NCBI RefSeq assembly: GCF_001457595.1
Contig: NZ_LN831039.1
Location: forward strand, 2,820,001 to 2,852,000
DNA from: Mycolicibacterium smegmatis
Lineage (GTDB): Bacteria; Actinomycetota; Actinomycetes; Mycobacteriales; Mycobacteriaceae
DNA length: 32,000 nucleotides
Direction of reading: 5' to 3'
A model generated the notes under the pieces. That model searched no databases and had not been told where the DNA came from. It saw only the letters and a list, made by a program, of their open reading frames with translations. The translations under genes and the position numbers were made by a program. Positions within the stretch are counted from its first letter, which is position 1; every line of letters starts with the position of its first letter. Of this stretch, positions 11,568-20,795 are shown piece by piece.

Positions 11568-11882
11568 TCACGGCCTCAGCCGGCCCTTGGCGGGGTCACC
11601 GGCCACGACCGGTTGCAGCGTCTTGATGTCGGGCGCGCCGTCGAGCAGGCTGCCGATGGCGCCGAAGAGAGCGCCGATGGCCGGTGCGCCGCCGTGTGTC
11701 TTGAGCGCGTCGGCGTCGGCCCACTGCTCGACGAAGACGAACGTGCCGTCGTGCTCGTGCAGGGCGTAGAGCTCACAGCCCGGCTCGTCGTGGACCGCGG
11801 CGACGGCTTTGGTGCATTCCTCGCGGACGGCGTCGACGGACTCGGGCTTGGCCTTCATGGTGGCGACCACGACAACGGGCAT
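11568..11882 (-). CDS. Putative quinol monooxygenase (ABM domain)
   Basis: [63 protein letters not shown]. Confidence 0.85.
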   Translation of the reverse strand: MPVVVVATMKAKPESVDAVREECTKAVAAVHDEPGCELYALHEHDGTFVFVEQWADADALKTHGGAPAIGALFGAIGSLLDGAPDIKTLQPVVAGDPAKGRLRP

Positions 11883-11964
11883 GTACGCACGGCTCCTTGC
11901 TCATACAACGATCACTGGACGGGTGTCCAGCCTACCGAGAAATCCCGTTTACGAATCGGTTCGT

Positions 11965-11977
11965 ACAACTAAGTTGT
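11965..11977. promoter_or_regulatory. Candidate operator: 13-bp perfect palindrome ACAACT-A-AGTTGT
   Basis: Lies in the divergent intergenic region between the ABM monooxygenase (start 11882) and ftsK (start 12047). Confidence 0.4.
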
Positions 11978-12046
11978 TATCGATATCAGGCTGTGACCTG
12001 TGTGGCTGATGGTGATTCTGGGGCTGATGCGACTAGGCTTGCGGAC

Positions 12047-14677
12047 ATGGCTAACAAGACCGCCGCCCGCTCCCGGGCGCGTTCGGAAAGCTCTTCGAGC
12101 AGGTCTTCGGGCAGGTCACGGGGCGGCGCGAAGCAGGGCGCCCAGGACGGCGCCCGGCGGAAACCGCCGACGCGCCCCGCACCGCAGCAGCGGCGCAAGC
12201 CCGCCCGGCGGCCCCAGGCGTCGCCCGTCGCGCTCGCAGGCCACAAGCTGGGGCAGGGGGCCCGCGCCGGGTGGCTCATGCTGGCCAAGGGCGCGGGCTC
12301 CACGGCCCGCTCGGTCGGCCGCGCGCGTGACATCGAGCCCGGGCACCGCCGCGACGGCATCGCGCTCGCACTGCTCGGCATCGCGGTCGTGGTGGCCGCC
12401 AGTTCGTGGTTCGACGCCGCGCGCCCGGTGGGCGAGTGGATCGACACCGCACTGCGCACGCTGGTGGGCGGACCGGTGGTGCTCGTGCCCGTCCTGCTCG
12501 CCGCGATCGCGGTCGTGCTGATGCGCTCCGAGCCCGACCCCGAGGCACGGCCCCGGCTGATCCTCGGCACGGCGATGATCGCGCTGCCCGCCCTGGGCCT
12601 GTGGCATCTGTGGGCCGGCTCGCCCACCGATCCGGTGGGACGAAGGGGTGCAGCGGGATTCGTCGGTTTTGCCATCGGCGGACCGCTCTCCGACGGCCTG
12701 ACCGCGTGGATCGCCGCGCCGCTGCTGTTCATCGGTGTGCTGTTCGGGTTGCTGCTGATCACCGGGACCACGATCCGTGAGGTGCCCTCGACCGTCCGTG
12801 CGATGTTCAGCACGCGCGGGTTCCACGACGGCGAGTACGACGACGAGTACGAGTACGACGAGGACTACGACGACGCGCGCTACGACGAGCGCGACGGTGA
12901 CTTCTCCGACGACTTCTCCGACGGCTACTACGACGCCGAGGTCCCCGACGAGGCGGCCAAGACGTGGCCGGGTTCGGGCCCGATGGCGGCCATCGAGGCG
13001 CCCAAGGCGCCCGCGGGCACGCCCATGGACAACTACCCGCTCGAGGACGCGCCGACCGTGCCGGAACCGGCCGTCAAACCGCGCCGGAAGAAGCCGGAAG
13101 CCGCCAAACCGGCGAACAAGGCCGAAGAGGCCGCCAAAGAGACGATGGTCATGGACCGCGTGGTCGAGGGGCCGTATGTCCTGCCGCCGCTCGACCTGCT
13201 CATCGCGGGTGACCCGCCGAAGCTGCGGACCGCCGCCAACGACCAGATGACCGACGCCATCACGTCGGTGCTCGAGCAGTTCAAGGTCGACGCGGCCGTC
13301 ACGGGCTGCACGCGCGGCCCGACGGTCACGCGGTACGAGGTCGAACTGGGACCGGGCGTCAAGGTCGAGAAGATCACCGCGCTGCACCGCAACATCGCCT
13401 ACGCCGTGGCGACCGAGAGCGTCCGCATGCTCGCCCCGATCCCGGGTAAGTCCGCGGTGGGCATCGAGGTGCCCAACACCGACCGCGAGATGGTGCGGCT
13501 GTCCGACGTGCTCACCGCACCGAGCACGCGCCGCGACCACCACCCGCTGGTGATCGGCCTTGGCAAGGACATCGAGGGCGACTTCGTGTCGGCCAACCTC
13601 GCGAAGATGCCCCACCTGCTGGTGGCCGGTTCCACCGGTTCGGGTAAGTCGAGCTTCGTCAACTCGATGCTCGTGTCGCTGCTGGCGCGGGCCACCCCGG
13701 AAGAGGTCAGGATGATCCTGATCGACCCGAAGATGGTGGAACTCACGCCGTATGAGGGCATCCCGCACCTCATCACGCCCATCATCACCGAGCCCAAGAA
13801 GGCCGCCGCGGCGCTGGGGTGGCTGGTCGAGGAGATGGAACAGCGCTACCAGGACATGCAGGCGTCGCGCGTGCGTCACATCGACGTGTTCAACGAGAAG
13901 GTGCGCTCCGGTGAAATTTCAACGCCGCTCGGCAGCGAGCGCGTGTACAAGCCGTACCCGTACATCGTGGCGATCGTCGACGAGCTCGCGGACCTCATGA
14001 TGACCGCGCCGCGTGACGTCGAGGACGCCATCGTGCGCATCACGCAGAAGGCCCGCGCGGCCGGCATCCACCTGGTGCTCGCGACGCAGCGTCCCTCGGT
14101 CGACGTCGTCACGGGTCTGATCAAGACCAACGTGCCGTCACGGCTCGCGTTCGCGACGTCGTCGCTCACCGACAGCCGCGTCATCCTCGACCAGGCAGGC
14201 GCCGAGAAGCTCATCGGCATGGGCGACGGGCTGTTCCTGCCGATGGGGGCCAACAAGCCCATCCGCATGCAGGGCGCGTTCATCACCGACGAGGAGATCC
14301 ACGCCGTCGTCGCGGCCACCAAGGAGCAGGCCGAGCCCGAGTTCGTCGAGGGCGTCACGGCCGTCAAGGCGGGCGAGCGCAAGGACGTCGACCCCGACAT
14401 CGGTGACGATCTGGACGTCTTCCTGCAGGCCGTCGAACTCGTGGTGTCGTCGCAGTTCGGCTCGACGTCGATGCTGCAGCGCAAGCTGCGTGTCGGTTTC
14501 GCCAAGGCCGGCCGCCTGATGGACCTCATGGAGACCCGCGGCATCGTCGGCCCGTCGGAGGGTTCGAAGGCGCGCGAGGTGCTGGTGAAACCCGAGGATC
14601 TGGCGGGCACGCTCGCGCTCATCCGCGGCGGCGCCGACGCCAACGGTGCCGAACCCGAGGACGGCGAGGAGTTCTGA
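12047..14677 (+). CDS. ftsK: DNA translocase FtsK/SpoIIIE
   Basis: N-terminal TM segments, Walker A AGSTGSGKSSFVN, LATQRPSVDVVTGLIKTN, C-terminal gamma winged-helix domain; start at MANKTAARS. Confidence 0.96.
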   Translation: MANKTAARSRARSESSSSRSSGRSRGGAKQGAQDGARRKPPTRPAPQQRRKPARRPQASPVALAGHKLGQGARAGWLMLAKGAGSTARSVGRARDIEPGHRRDGIALALLGIAVVVAASSWFDAARPVGEWIDTALRTLVGGPVVLVPVLLAAIAVVLMRSEPDPEARPRLILGTAMIALPALGLWHLWAGSPTDPVGRRGAAGFVGFAIGGPLSDGLTAWIAAPLLFIGVLFGLLLITGTTIREVPSTVRAMFSTRGFHDGEYDDEYEYDEDYDDARYDERDGDFSDDFSDGYYDAEVPDEAAKTWPGSGPMAAIEAPKAPAGTPMDNYPLEDAPTVPEPAVKPRRKKPEAAKPANKAEEAAKETMVMDRVVEGPYVLPPLDLLIAGDPPKLRTAANDQMTDAITSVLEQFKVDAAVTGCTRGPTVTRYEVELGPGVKVEKITALHRNIAYAVATESVRMLAPIPGKSAVGIEVPNTDREMVRLSDVLTAPSTRRDHHPLVIGLGKDIEGDFVSANLAKMPHLLVAGSTGSGKSSFVNSMLVSLLARATPEEVRMILIDPKMVELTPYEGIPHLITPIITEPKKAAAALGWLVEEMEQRYQDMQASRVRHIDVFNEKVRSGEISTPLGSERVYKPYPYIVAIVDELADLMMTAPRDVEDAIVRITQKARAAGIHLVLATQRPSVDVVTGLIKTNVPSRLAFATSSLTDSRVILDQAGAEKLIGMGDGLFLPMGANKPIRMQGAFITDEEIHAVVAATKEQAEPEFVEGVTAVKAGERKDVDPDIGDDLDVFLQAVELVVSSQFGSTSMLQRKLRVGFAKAGRLMDLMETRGIVGPSEGSKAREVLVKPEDLAGTLALIRGGADANGAEPEDGEEF

Positions 14678-14687
14678 GCCGAGAGTC

Positions 14688-15233
14688 CTACAGGGTCAAC
14701 AGCATTCGCGTGTTGCCGAGGGTGTTGGGCTTGACGTACGACAGGTCGAGGAACTCGGCGACACCGGTGTCGTAGGAGCGGCACATCTCCTCGTACACCT
14801 CGGCGGTCACCGGGGTGCCGTCGATCTCGACGAAGCCGTGCTTGGCGAAGAAGTCGACCTCGAAGGTCAGCACGAAGATGCGCTCGAGGCGCAACTCGCG
14901 CGCGACGTCGAGCAGGCGGTTCACCAACCGGTGGCCGACACCGGTGCCGCGGACTTTCGGATGCACCGCGACCGTGCGCACCTCGCCGAGATCGGCCCAC
15001 AACACGTGTAGCGCGCCGCAACCGACGATCTCGCCGTCGAGTTCGGCCACCCAGAACTCCTGGACCGACTCGTACAGCGTCACCAGGTTCTTCTCGAGCA
15101 GGATCCGGCCCGCGTAGATGTCGACGAGATGCTTGATGCCGGGCACATCTGAGGTGCGCGCGCGTCGCACGACGGGACCTTCGGCCGGTTCGTCCTGGCC
15201 CTGGTTTGCGCCTGTGTTCGCGCCTGCATTCAC
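14688..15233 (-). CDS. Amino-acid N-acetyltransferase, GNAT (ArgA-like, Rv2747-type)
   Basis: VRRARTSDVPGIKHLVDIYAGRILLEKNLVTLYE...EVRTVAVHPKVRGTGVGHRLV; GTG start (VNAGANTG) at 15233. Confidence 0.88.
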   Translation of the reverse strand: MNAGANTGANQGQDEPAEGPVVRRARTSDVPGIKHLVDIYAGRILLEKNLVTLYESVQEFWVAELDGEIVGCGALHVLWADLGEVRTVAVHPKVRGTGVGHRLVNRLLDVARELRLERIFVLTFEVDFFAKHGFVEIDGTPVTAEVYEEMCRSYDTGVAEFLDLSYVKPNTLGNTRMLLTL

Positions 15234-15244
15234 AGGTGGAAGAG

Positions 15245-15265
15245 TATCGGTTTCGGCAACCGATA
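15245..15265. promoter_or_regulatory. Candidate operator or structured site: TATCGGTT-TCGGC-AACCGATA
   Basis: 8-bp perfect inverted repeat with a 5-nt spacer between the divergent argA-like and pgsA genes. Confidence 0.4.
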
Positions 15266-15275
15266 TTCTGTTGCG

Positions 15276-15881
15276 GTGCCGGGGCAACCTTCTACCGATC
15301 CGGTGGTCCCGCGTGCGCGCGTGGCCAACCTCGCCAATGTGCTCACCGGCATACGCATGGCACTCGTGCCGGTGTTCCTGGTGTTCCTGTTCACCGACGG
15401 GGGCCATGAATTCTTCTGGCGGATGGCTGCTTTCACGGTGTTCGCGGTCGCGGTCATCACCGACCGGTTCGACGGGGCACTGGCGCGCAGCTACGGCATG
15501 GTCACCGAGTTCGGTGCACTGGCCGATCCGATCGCCGACAAGGCGCTCATCGGCGCGGCGCTGATCGGGTTGTCGATGCTGGGGGATCTGCCCTGGTGGG
15601 TGACCGCGGTGGTCCTCGCGCGTGAGATCGGCATCACGCTCATGCGTCTCGCGGTGTTGCGCCACGGTGTGATCCCGGCCAGCCGCGGCGGGAAACTCAA
15701 GACCACGGTGCAGGCCGTCGCGATCGGACTGTTCGTCATGCCGCTCTACGCGTGGTCGCCGGTGTGGACGACCGTGGCGTGGGCGATCATGTGGGCGGCG
15801 GTGGTGCTCACCGTGCTCACCGGTGCTGACTACGTGGTTTCGGCGATCAGGGATTCGCGTGGACGACCCGCTGACAACTGA
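15276..15881 (+). CDS. pgsA: CDP-diacylglycerol--glycerol-3-phosphate 3-phosphatidyltransferase family
   Basis: CDP-alcohol phosphotransferase motif DRFDGALARSYGMVTEFGALADPIADK. Confidence 0.92.
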   Translation: MPGQPSTDPVVPRARVANLANVLTGIRMALVPVFLVFLFTDGGHEFFWRMAAFTVFAVAVITDRFDGALARSYGMVTEFGALADPIADKALIGAALIGLSMLGDLPWWVTAVVLAREIGITLMRLAVLRHGVIPASRGGKLKTTVQAVAIGLFVMPLYAWSPVWTTVAWAIMWAAVVLTVLTGADYVVSAIRDSRGRPADN

Positions 15882-16347
15882 CGACGCACGCGCGCTCGTC
15901 GCCGATCTGACGGTGTACGGCCAGAGCGTGGCGACCGCAGAGTCGCTGACGGCAGGACTGCTCGCGGCCACCCTCGCCGGTGTGCCAGGGGCGAGTGCGG
16001 TGCTGCACGGCGGTCTGATCACCTACACCGAGGACACCAAGATCTGGCTGGCCGGTGTCGCGCCGCAGGTGCTCGACGCTGTCGGTCCGGTCTCGGCGCC
16101 GACGGCCCGCGCCCTTGCCGTCGGGGCGCGTCAGCGCTGCGCGGCGACCTGGGGGGTGAGCCTCACCGGGGTGGCCGGGCCCGAGGCGCACGGAGGGCAC
16201 CCGCCCGGCACGGTGTTCCTGGGGATCGCGGGGCCCATCGACACCCATGTCGCCGAGTTGTCGTTGTCCGGGTCACGCTGGGAGATCCGGGTGGCCGCGG
16301 TCAACGCGGCGATCTCGCGGCTGCGGGCGCTCGTCGAGCAGCAGTGA
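15859..16347 (+). CDS. CinA C-terminal domain / nicotinamide-nucleotide amidohydrolase family
   Basis: VATAESLTAGLLAATLAGVPGASAVLHGGLITYTEDTKIWLAGV...TGVAGPEAHGGHPPGTVFLGIA; overlaps the end of pgsA. Confidence 0.9.
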   Translation: MDDPLTTDDARALVADLTVYGQSVATAESLTAGLLAATLAGVPGASAVLHGGLITYTEDTKIWLAGVAPQVLDAVGPVSAPTARALAVGARQRCAATWGVSLTGVAGPEAHGGHPPGTVFLGIAGPIDTHVAELSLSGSRWEIRVAAVNAAISRLRALVEQQ

Positions 16348-16398
16348 CCGCGGTTTCGGTATGGCTGCGGTAAGACATCCCACAACTTGGCGATTGCT

Positions 16399-16425
16399 GG
16401 GAACCTCTGGGAGGGCGCACACGTT
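16399..16425 (+). promoter_or_regulatory. Candidate ECF-sigma (SigE/SigH-type) promoter upstream of clgR: GGGAAC-N17-CGTT
   Basis: GGGAAC at 16399-16404, 17-nt spacer, CGTT at 16422-16425; 44 nt upstream of the clgR ATG. Confidence 0.6.
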
Positions 16426-16469
16426 CTGCATGTAGCGAACACCGCCGACGTCCACCTGAGGAGGGCACC

Positions 16470-16808
16470 ATGACGGCATTGCTGCGCGAGGTGATTGGCG
16501 ACGTGCTGCGCAACGCCCGCACGGACCAGGGTCGCACGCTGCGTGAGGTGTCCGACGCCGCCCGGGTCAGTCTGGGCTACCTGTCCGAGGTGGAACGCGG
16601 CCGCAAGGAAGCATCGAGCGAGCTTCTCAGCGCGATCTGCGACGCACTCGACGTACCACTTTCGCGCGTGCTCACCGACGCCGGTGAGAGCATGGCGCGC
16701 CGTGAACACGACGCCCGTGAGGCCGAGCAGGTCGCGGTGGCGAACCTCGGCCGCATCGATGCCGCGACCAAGGTGGTCATCCCGCAGGTGTCCATGGCCG
16801 TCGCATAA
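16470..16808 (+). CDS. clgR: HTH (XRE-type) transcriptional regulator ClgR
   Basis: [64 protein letters not shown]; directly upstream of pspA. Confidence 0.93.
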
Positions 16809-17035
16809 GGATCAGCGCGAAGATCAGCGTGACGGCCGGCGTGACGGCCGCTTGATCATCCCGGTCGAAACATCCTGTCGTCGCAGGTCGCGTCCCCGCG
16901 GATTTTCCGACACGCGTTACGTGCACAGACTGTGGCGGCATGCCGGGAACCGATAGGTTGGCACCACAAGCAGTTGCGGCAATCTGAACATGAGGCCTGA
17001 GTCACCAGGCCCGACAGACAAGGCGGAATGAACCC

Positions 17036-17875
17036 ATGGCCAATCCGTTCGTCAAGGCGTGGAAGTACCTGATGGCGCTGTTCAGCTCCAAGGTCGACGA
17101 GTATGCCGATCCCAAGGTGCAGATCCAGCAGGCCATCGAGGACGCGCAACGCCAGCACCAGGCCCTGACCCAGCAGGCCGCCCAGGTCATCGGAAACCAG
17201 CGTCAGCTGGAGATGCGCCTGAACCGGCAGCTCGCCGACATCGAGAAGCTCCAGGTGAACGTGCGTCAGGCGCTCACACTCGCCGATCAGGCCACGGCCG
17301 CCGGTGACGTTGCCAAGGCCACCGAGTACAACAACGCCGCCGAGGCGTTCGCCGCGCAGCTCGTGACCGCCGAGCAGAGCGTCGAGGATCTCAAGGGGCT
17401 GCACGACCAGGCGCTGCAGGCCGCCGGGCAGGCCAAGAAGGCCGTCGAGCAGAACGCCATGATGCTGCAGCAGAAGATCGCCGAGCGCACCAAGCTGCTG
17501 AGCCAGCTCGAGCAGGCCAAGATGCAGGAGCAGGTGAGCTCGTCGCTGCGGTCGATGAGCGAGCTCGCCGCGCCCGGCACCACGCCGAGCCTCGACGAGG
17601 TGCGGCAGAAGATCGAGCGCCGCTACGCCAACGCGATGGGCGAGGCCGAGCTGGCGCAGAACTCGGTGCAGGGCCGCATGATGGAGATCCAGCAGGCCAG
17701 CGTGCAGATGGCAGGCCATTCGCGGCTGGAGCAGATCCGCGCCTCGATGCGCGGGGAGGCGTTGCCCAGTGGCGGCGCCGCCTCGACGCCTGCGACGCCG
17801 TCCACCCAGGGCACGCCGGCCGACCCGGCGACCAACCAGACGCCGCCCAACACCGAAAACCCGCTGGGCCAATAA
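17036..17875 (+). CDS. pspA: PspA/IM30 family (35-kDa antigen homologue)
   Basis: [59 protein letters not shown]. Confidence 0.95.
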   Translation: MANPFVKAWKYLMALFSSKVDEYADPKVQIQQAIEDAQRQHQALTQQAAQVIGNQRQLEMRLNRQLADIEKLQVNVRQALTLADQATAAGDVAKATEYNNAAEAFAAQLVTAEQSVEDLKGLHDQALQAAGQAKKAVEQNAMMLQQKIAERTKLLSQLEQAKMQEQVSSSLRSMSELAAPGTTPSLDEVRQKIERRYANAMGEAELAQNSVQGRMMEIQQASVQMAGHSRLEQIRASMRGEALPSGGAASTPATPSTQGTPADPATNQTPPNTENPLGQ

Positions 17876-17893
17876 GGATTCGAGTTCGAGAGC

Positions 17894-18730
17894 ATGACAA
17901 CCAAGACCGGTCGACCAGAAGCCTGGCGGTCACTGCTGCAGCGGGGGATCGACACCGCTGCCGAGGTGTCGGGTGCGGTGGCGGAGAAGCTCAACGCCGC
18001 GGCCGATCCTCGCGCCAAACTGCTGCGCAAGCGGCGGTGGGCTTTGCGGTTCGCGGTGTTCTTCACCTTCGCCACAGGGTTCTGGGTTTTCGTCACCGCG
18101 GTGCTCGCCGCGTGGACGACGCCGGTCTGGGTGCTGATCATCACCGGCGCGATCGCCGCGGGCGCGGCGTTCCCCGCGACGCTGGCCTGGTTGCGCTACC
18201 GGTGGCTGCGCCGCACGCCGCTGCCCGTACAGCGGCCCACCGTCGGGCGACGCCTGCCGCCGTGGGGATCGGCTGCGCGCCAGCCCATGTCGGCGCTGCT
18301 GGCCTCGGAACGCGGCATGTTCTCGTTGCTCGGCGTCATGGAGCGCGGCCGCATGGTGCCGCCCGAGGAGTTGCACGAACTCACGACCGTGGCGAACCAG
18401 GCCGCCCGCACCATGATGGCCACCGCCGACGAAGTGGTGTCGATGGAACGTGCGGCAGGCAACGCGCCGCAGTCGCGGCCGCACCTGGTGCCCACCATCA
18501 ACGCGTTCGCCGCCCAGCTCAACCAGGGCGTGCGCCAGTACAACGAGATGGTCACCGCCGCAGCCCAACTGGTGTCATCGGTGAACGGTGGTGCGAACGG
18601 CCAGATGCCCGGTGGCCCGGCGGCGCCGCTGTCGCAGCAGCGATACCGCTCGGAACTCACCGGTGCCACCGACCGGCTGACCGGCTGGGCGCAGGCGTTC
18701 GACGAACTCGGCGGCCTGCGCCGCGCCTGA
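17894..18730 (+). CDS. pspM: Phage-shock envelope stress response membrane protein PspM (Rv2743c-type)
   Basis: MTTKTGRPEAWRSLLQRGIDTAAEVSGAVAEKL..., two central TM segments, next to pspA. Confidence 0.85.
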   Translation: MTTKTGRPEAWRSLLQRGIDTAAEVSGAVAEKLNAAADPRAKLLRKRRWALRFAVFFTFATGFWVFVTAVLAAWTTPVWVLIITGAIAAGAAFPATLAWLRYRWLRRTPLPVQRPTVGRRLPPWGSAARQPMSALLASERGMFSLLGVMERGRMVPPEELHELTTVANQAARTMMATADEVVSMERAAGNAPQSRPHLVPTINAFAAQLNQGVRQYNEMVTAAAQLVSSVNGGANGQMPGGPAAPLSQQRYRSELTGATDRLTGWAQAFDELGGLRRA

Positions 18731-18737
18731 ACTCGGC

Positions 18738-19145
18738 TCAGATGTCGTGGCTGCTGGGCGGGCCGGACCGGGGCCCGTACTTCTCGATGTAGGCCTGGTG
18801 GATGTGCGCGTTCTTCTGGCGTGAGAGCTCGTCCACCAACCCGGGGTTGAGCCCGTGCTTGGCCAGCATGTGACGGCGCCACACCTTGTTGAGCGCGTGC
18901 GAGAAGAACACGAACGGGATGAAGATCGGCAGCGTCATGCTGATGTGGACGTACAGCGTCGTCGGGATCAGCCAGAACGGGGCCAGGATGATCAGCGCCG
19001 GGATGGCCATGCGCACCATCAACCGGACCGTCGCACCTTTGCCCGCCAGGTCGTTGCGAACCCAGTCTCGCATCGAGTCGGGCAGCCGCCGTCCGTAGCA
19101 GTAGGTGATGTACTCCCAGACGTTGGGTTTGGTGCGCTCGCTCAC
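18738..19145 (-). CDS. DUF5313-type membrane protein
   Basis: VSERTKPNVWEYITYCYGRRLPDSMRDWVRNDLAGKGATVRLMVRMAIPALIILAPFWLIP; GTG start at 19145. Confidence 0.8.
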   Translation of the reverse strand: MSERTKPNVWEYITYCYGRRLPDSMRDWVRNDLAGKGATVRLMVRMAIPALIILAPFWLIPTTLYVHISMTLPIFIPFVFFSHALNKVWRRHMLAKHGLNPGLVDELSRQKNAHIHQAYIEKYGPRSGPPSSHDI

Positions 19146-19570
19146 AGCTTGGCGCGCAGCGACGGGACGACGATGCCGAGCAGACCACGCACGGTCGCCT
19201 TGAAGATGTCGAGGTAATCGAAGTAGTCGCGCCACAGCGTGATCCGGCCGTCGTGCACCTCGAACACACCGCACACCCAGAACTGGACCCGCAGCGGGCC
19301 GAACGTGAGTACATCGGTGCGCTCGTTGAGCACCGCGGCGCCGTCGGCCGCGCTGCGATGGATCTTGACCTCGAAACCGGCCCGCCCCTGCATGGACCGG
19401 AACAGCTTCATGGCGCGGTTGCGACCATAGATGGTCGGCATGCCCACGTTCTGGTAGACGAGGTTCTGCGCCAGCGCGTTCTCCGCGGTGTCGAAGTCCT
19501 GTTCCTGCAGCGCGTTGAGGAACGTCTCGACCGCGGCGATCGGGTTCTGCACCGTTGTTTGGTCAGCCAT
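19142..19570 (-). CDS. Limonene-1,2-epoxide hydrolase-like protein (EphG family)
   Basis: VETFLNALQEQDFDTAENALAQNLVYQNVGMPTIYGRNRAMKLFRSM...VCGVFEVHDGRITLWRDYFD. Confidence 0.88.
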   Translation of the reverse strand: MADQTTVQNPIAAVETFLNALQEQDFDTAENALAQNLVYQNVGMPTIYGRNRAMKLFRSMQGRAGFEVKIHRSAADGAAVLNERTDVLTFGPLRVQFWVCGVFEVHDGRITLWRDYFDYLDIFKATVRGLLGIVVPSLRAKL

Positions 19571-19613
19571 GCCCAGAAAGCCTAGATGGCGGGGGCTGTG
19601 GCAGGGTAGGCCG

Positions 19614-20786
19614 GTGCGCATAGCTGTCGTCGCCGGGCCCGATCCGGGGCACGCGTTCCCGGCCCTCGCGTTGTGCCTGAAGTTCCTCGCCGCAGGTGAT
19701 CAGCCCACGTTGCTGACGGGTGTGGAATGGTTGCAGACCGCCCGCGACGCCGGTGTGGACGCGGTCGAACTCGACGGCCTCGACCCGACCGACGAGGACG
19801 ACGACGCCGACGCGGGCGCCAAGATCCACCGGCGTGCGGCGCGCATGGCGGTGCTCAACACGCCCAGGTTGCGCGATCTCGCGCCGGACCTGATCGTGTC
19901 CGACGTCATCACGGCGTGCGGCGGCATGGCCGCCGAGCTGCTCGGCCTTCCGTGGGTCGAACTGAACCCCCACCCGCTGTACCTGCCGTCGAAAGGTCTG
20001 CCGCCCGTGGGCAGTGGTCTGGCGCCCGGGGTGGGCCTGCGCGGCAAGCTGCGCGACGCGATCATGCGCGCGCTGACCGCGCGGTCGTGGAAGGCCGGGC
20101 TGGCCCAGCGCGCGCAGGCGCGGGCCGGCATCGGCCTGCCCGCCGAGGACCCAGGGCCGCTGCGCCGCCTGATCGCGACGCTGCCCGCGCTGGAGGTGCC
20201 GCGCCCGGACTGGCCGCACGAGGCCGTCGTCGTCGGCCCGCTGCATTTCGAACCCACCTCGGCGGTGCTCCAGATCCCCGCGGGCGAGGGACCCGTCGTG
20301 GTGGTCGCGCCGTCCACCGCGCACACCGGCGCGCAGGGGATGGCCGAGCTGGCGCTGGAGTGCCTGCGGCCGGGAGAGACGCTGCCGACGGGTGCACGGG
20401 TGGTGGTGTCGCGGCTGGCCGGCCCCGACACCGAGGTGCCGCCGTGGGCCGCGGTGGGCCTGGGCCGCCAGGACGAACTGCTGACCCACGCCGACGTGGT
20501 GATCTGCGGCGGCGGGCACGGCATGGTGTCCAAGACGTTGCTGGCGGGTGTGCCGATGGTGGTGGTGCCCGGGGGCGGGGATCAGTGGGAGATCGCCAAT
20601 CGTGTTGCGCGCCAAGGCAGTGCGCAGCTGGTGCGGCCGCTGACCGGTGACGCGCTGACCGCCGCGGTCGGCGAGGTGCTGGGCTCGCCGAGCTACCGCA
20701 GAGCCGCGGCCGCAGCCGGGGCGTCGGTCGCCGAGGTCGCCGATCCGGTACAGGTGTGCCATGACGCGTTGATGAGGACTGGGTAG
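19614..20786 (+). CDS. Glycosyltransferase, UDP-glycosyltransferase type (Rv2739c-like)
   Basis: RIAVVAGPDPGHAFPALALCLKFLAAGDQPTLLTG...HADVVICGGGHGMVSKTLLAGVPMVVVPGGGDQWEIANRV. Confidence 0.88.
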   Translation: MRIAVVAGPDPGHAFPALALCLKFLAAGDQPTLLTGVEWLQTARDAGVDAVELDGLDPTDEDDDADAGAKIHRRAARMAVLNTPRLRDLAPDLIVSDVITACGGMAAELLGLPWVELNPHPLYLPSKGLPPVGSGLAPGVGLRGKLRDAIMRALTARSWKAGLAQRAQARAGIGLPAEDPGPLRRLIATLPALEVPRPDWPHEAVVVGPLHFEPTSAVLQIPAGEGPVVVVAPSTAHTGAQGMAELALECLRPGETLPTGARVVVSRLAGPDTEVPPWAAVGLGRQDELLTHADVVICGGGHGMVSKTLLAGVPMVVVPGGGDQWEIANRVARQGSAQLVRPLTGDALTAAVGEVLGSPSYRRAAAAAGASVAEVADPVQVCHDALMRTG

Positions 20787-20795
20787 GTTGGGACC

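Noticed and set aside
12251-12258. GGGCAGGG resembling a KOPS site for FtsK orientation
   Set aside because: An 8-mer of this composition is expected by chance in high-GC DNA, and strand skew cannot be assessed from one window.
12116-13879. 587-aa minus-strand ORF opposite ftsK
   Set aside because: Shadow ORF from third-position GC bias; Arg/Gly/His-rich with no family features, while ftsK on the plus strand is unmistakable.
16812-16853. Short tandem repeats GATCAGCG and GTGACGGCCG between clgR and pspA
   Set aside because: Too short and few to call a repeat array or CRISPR; mentioned only in the leader finding.
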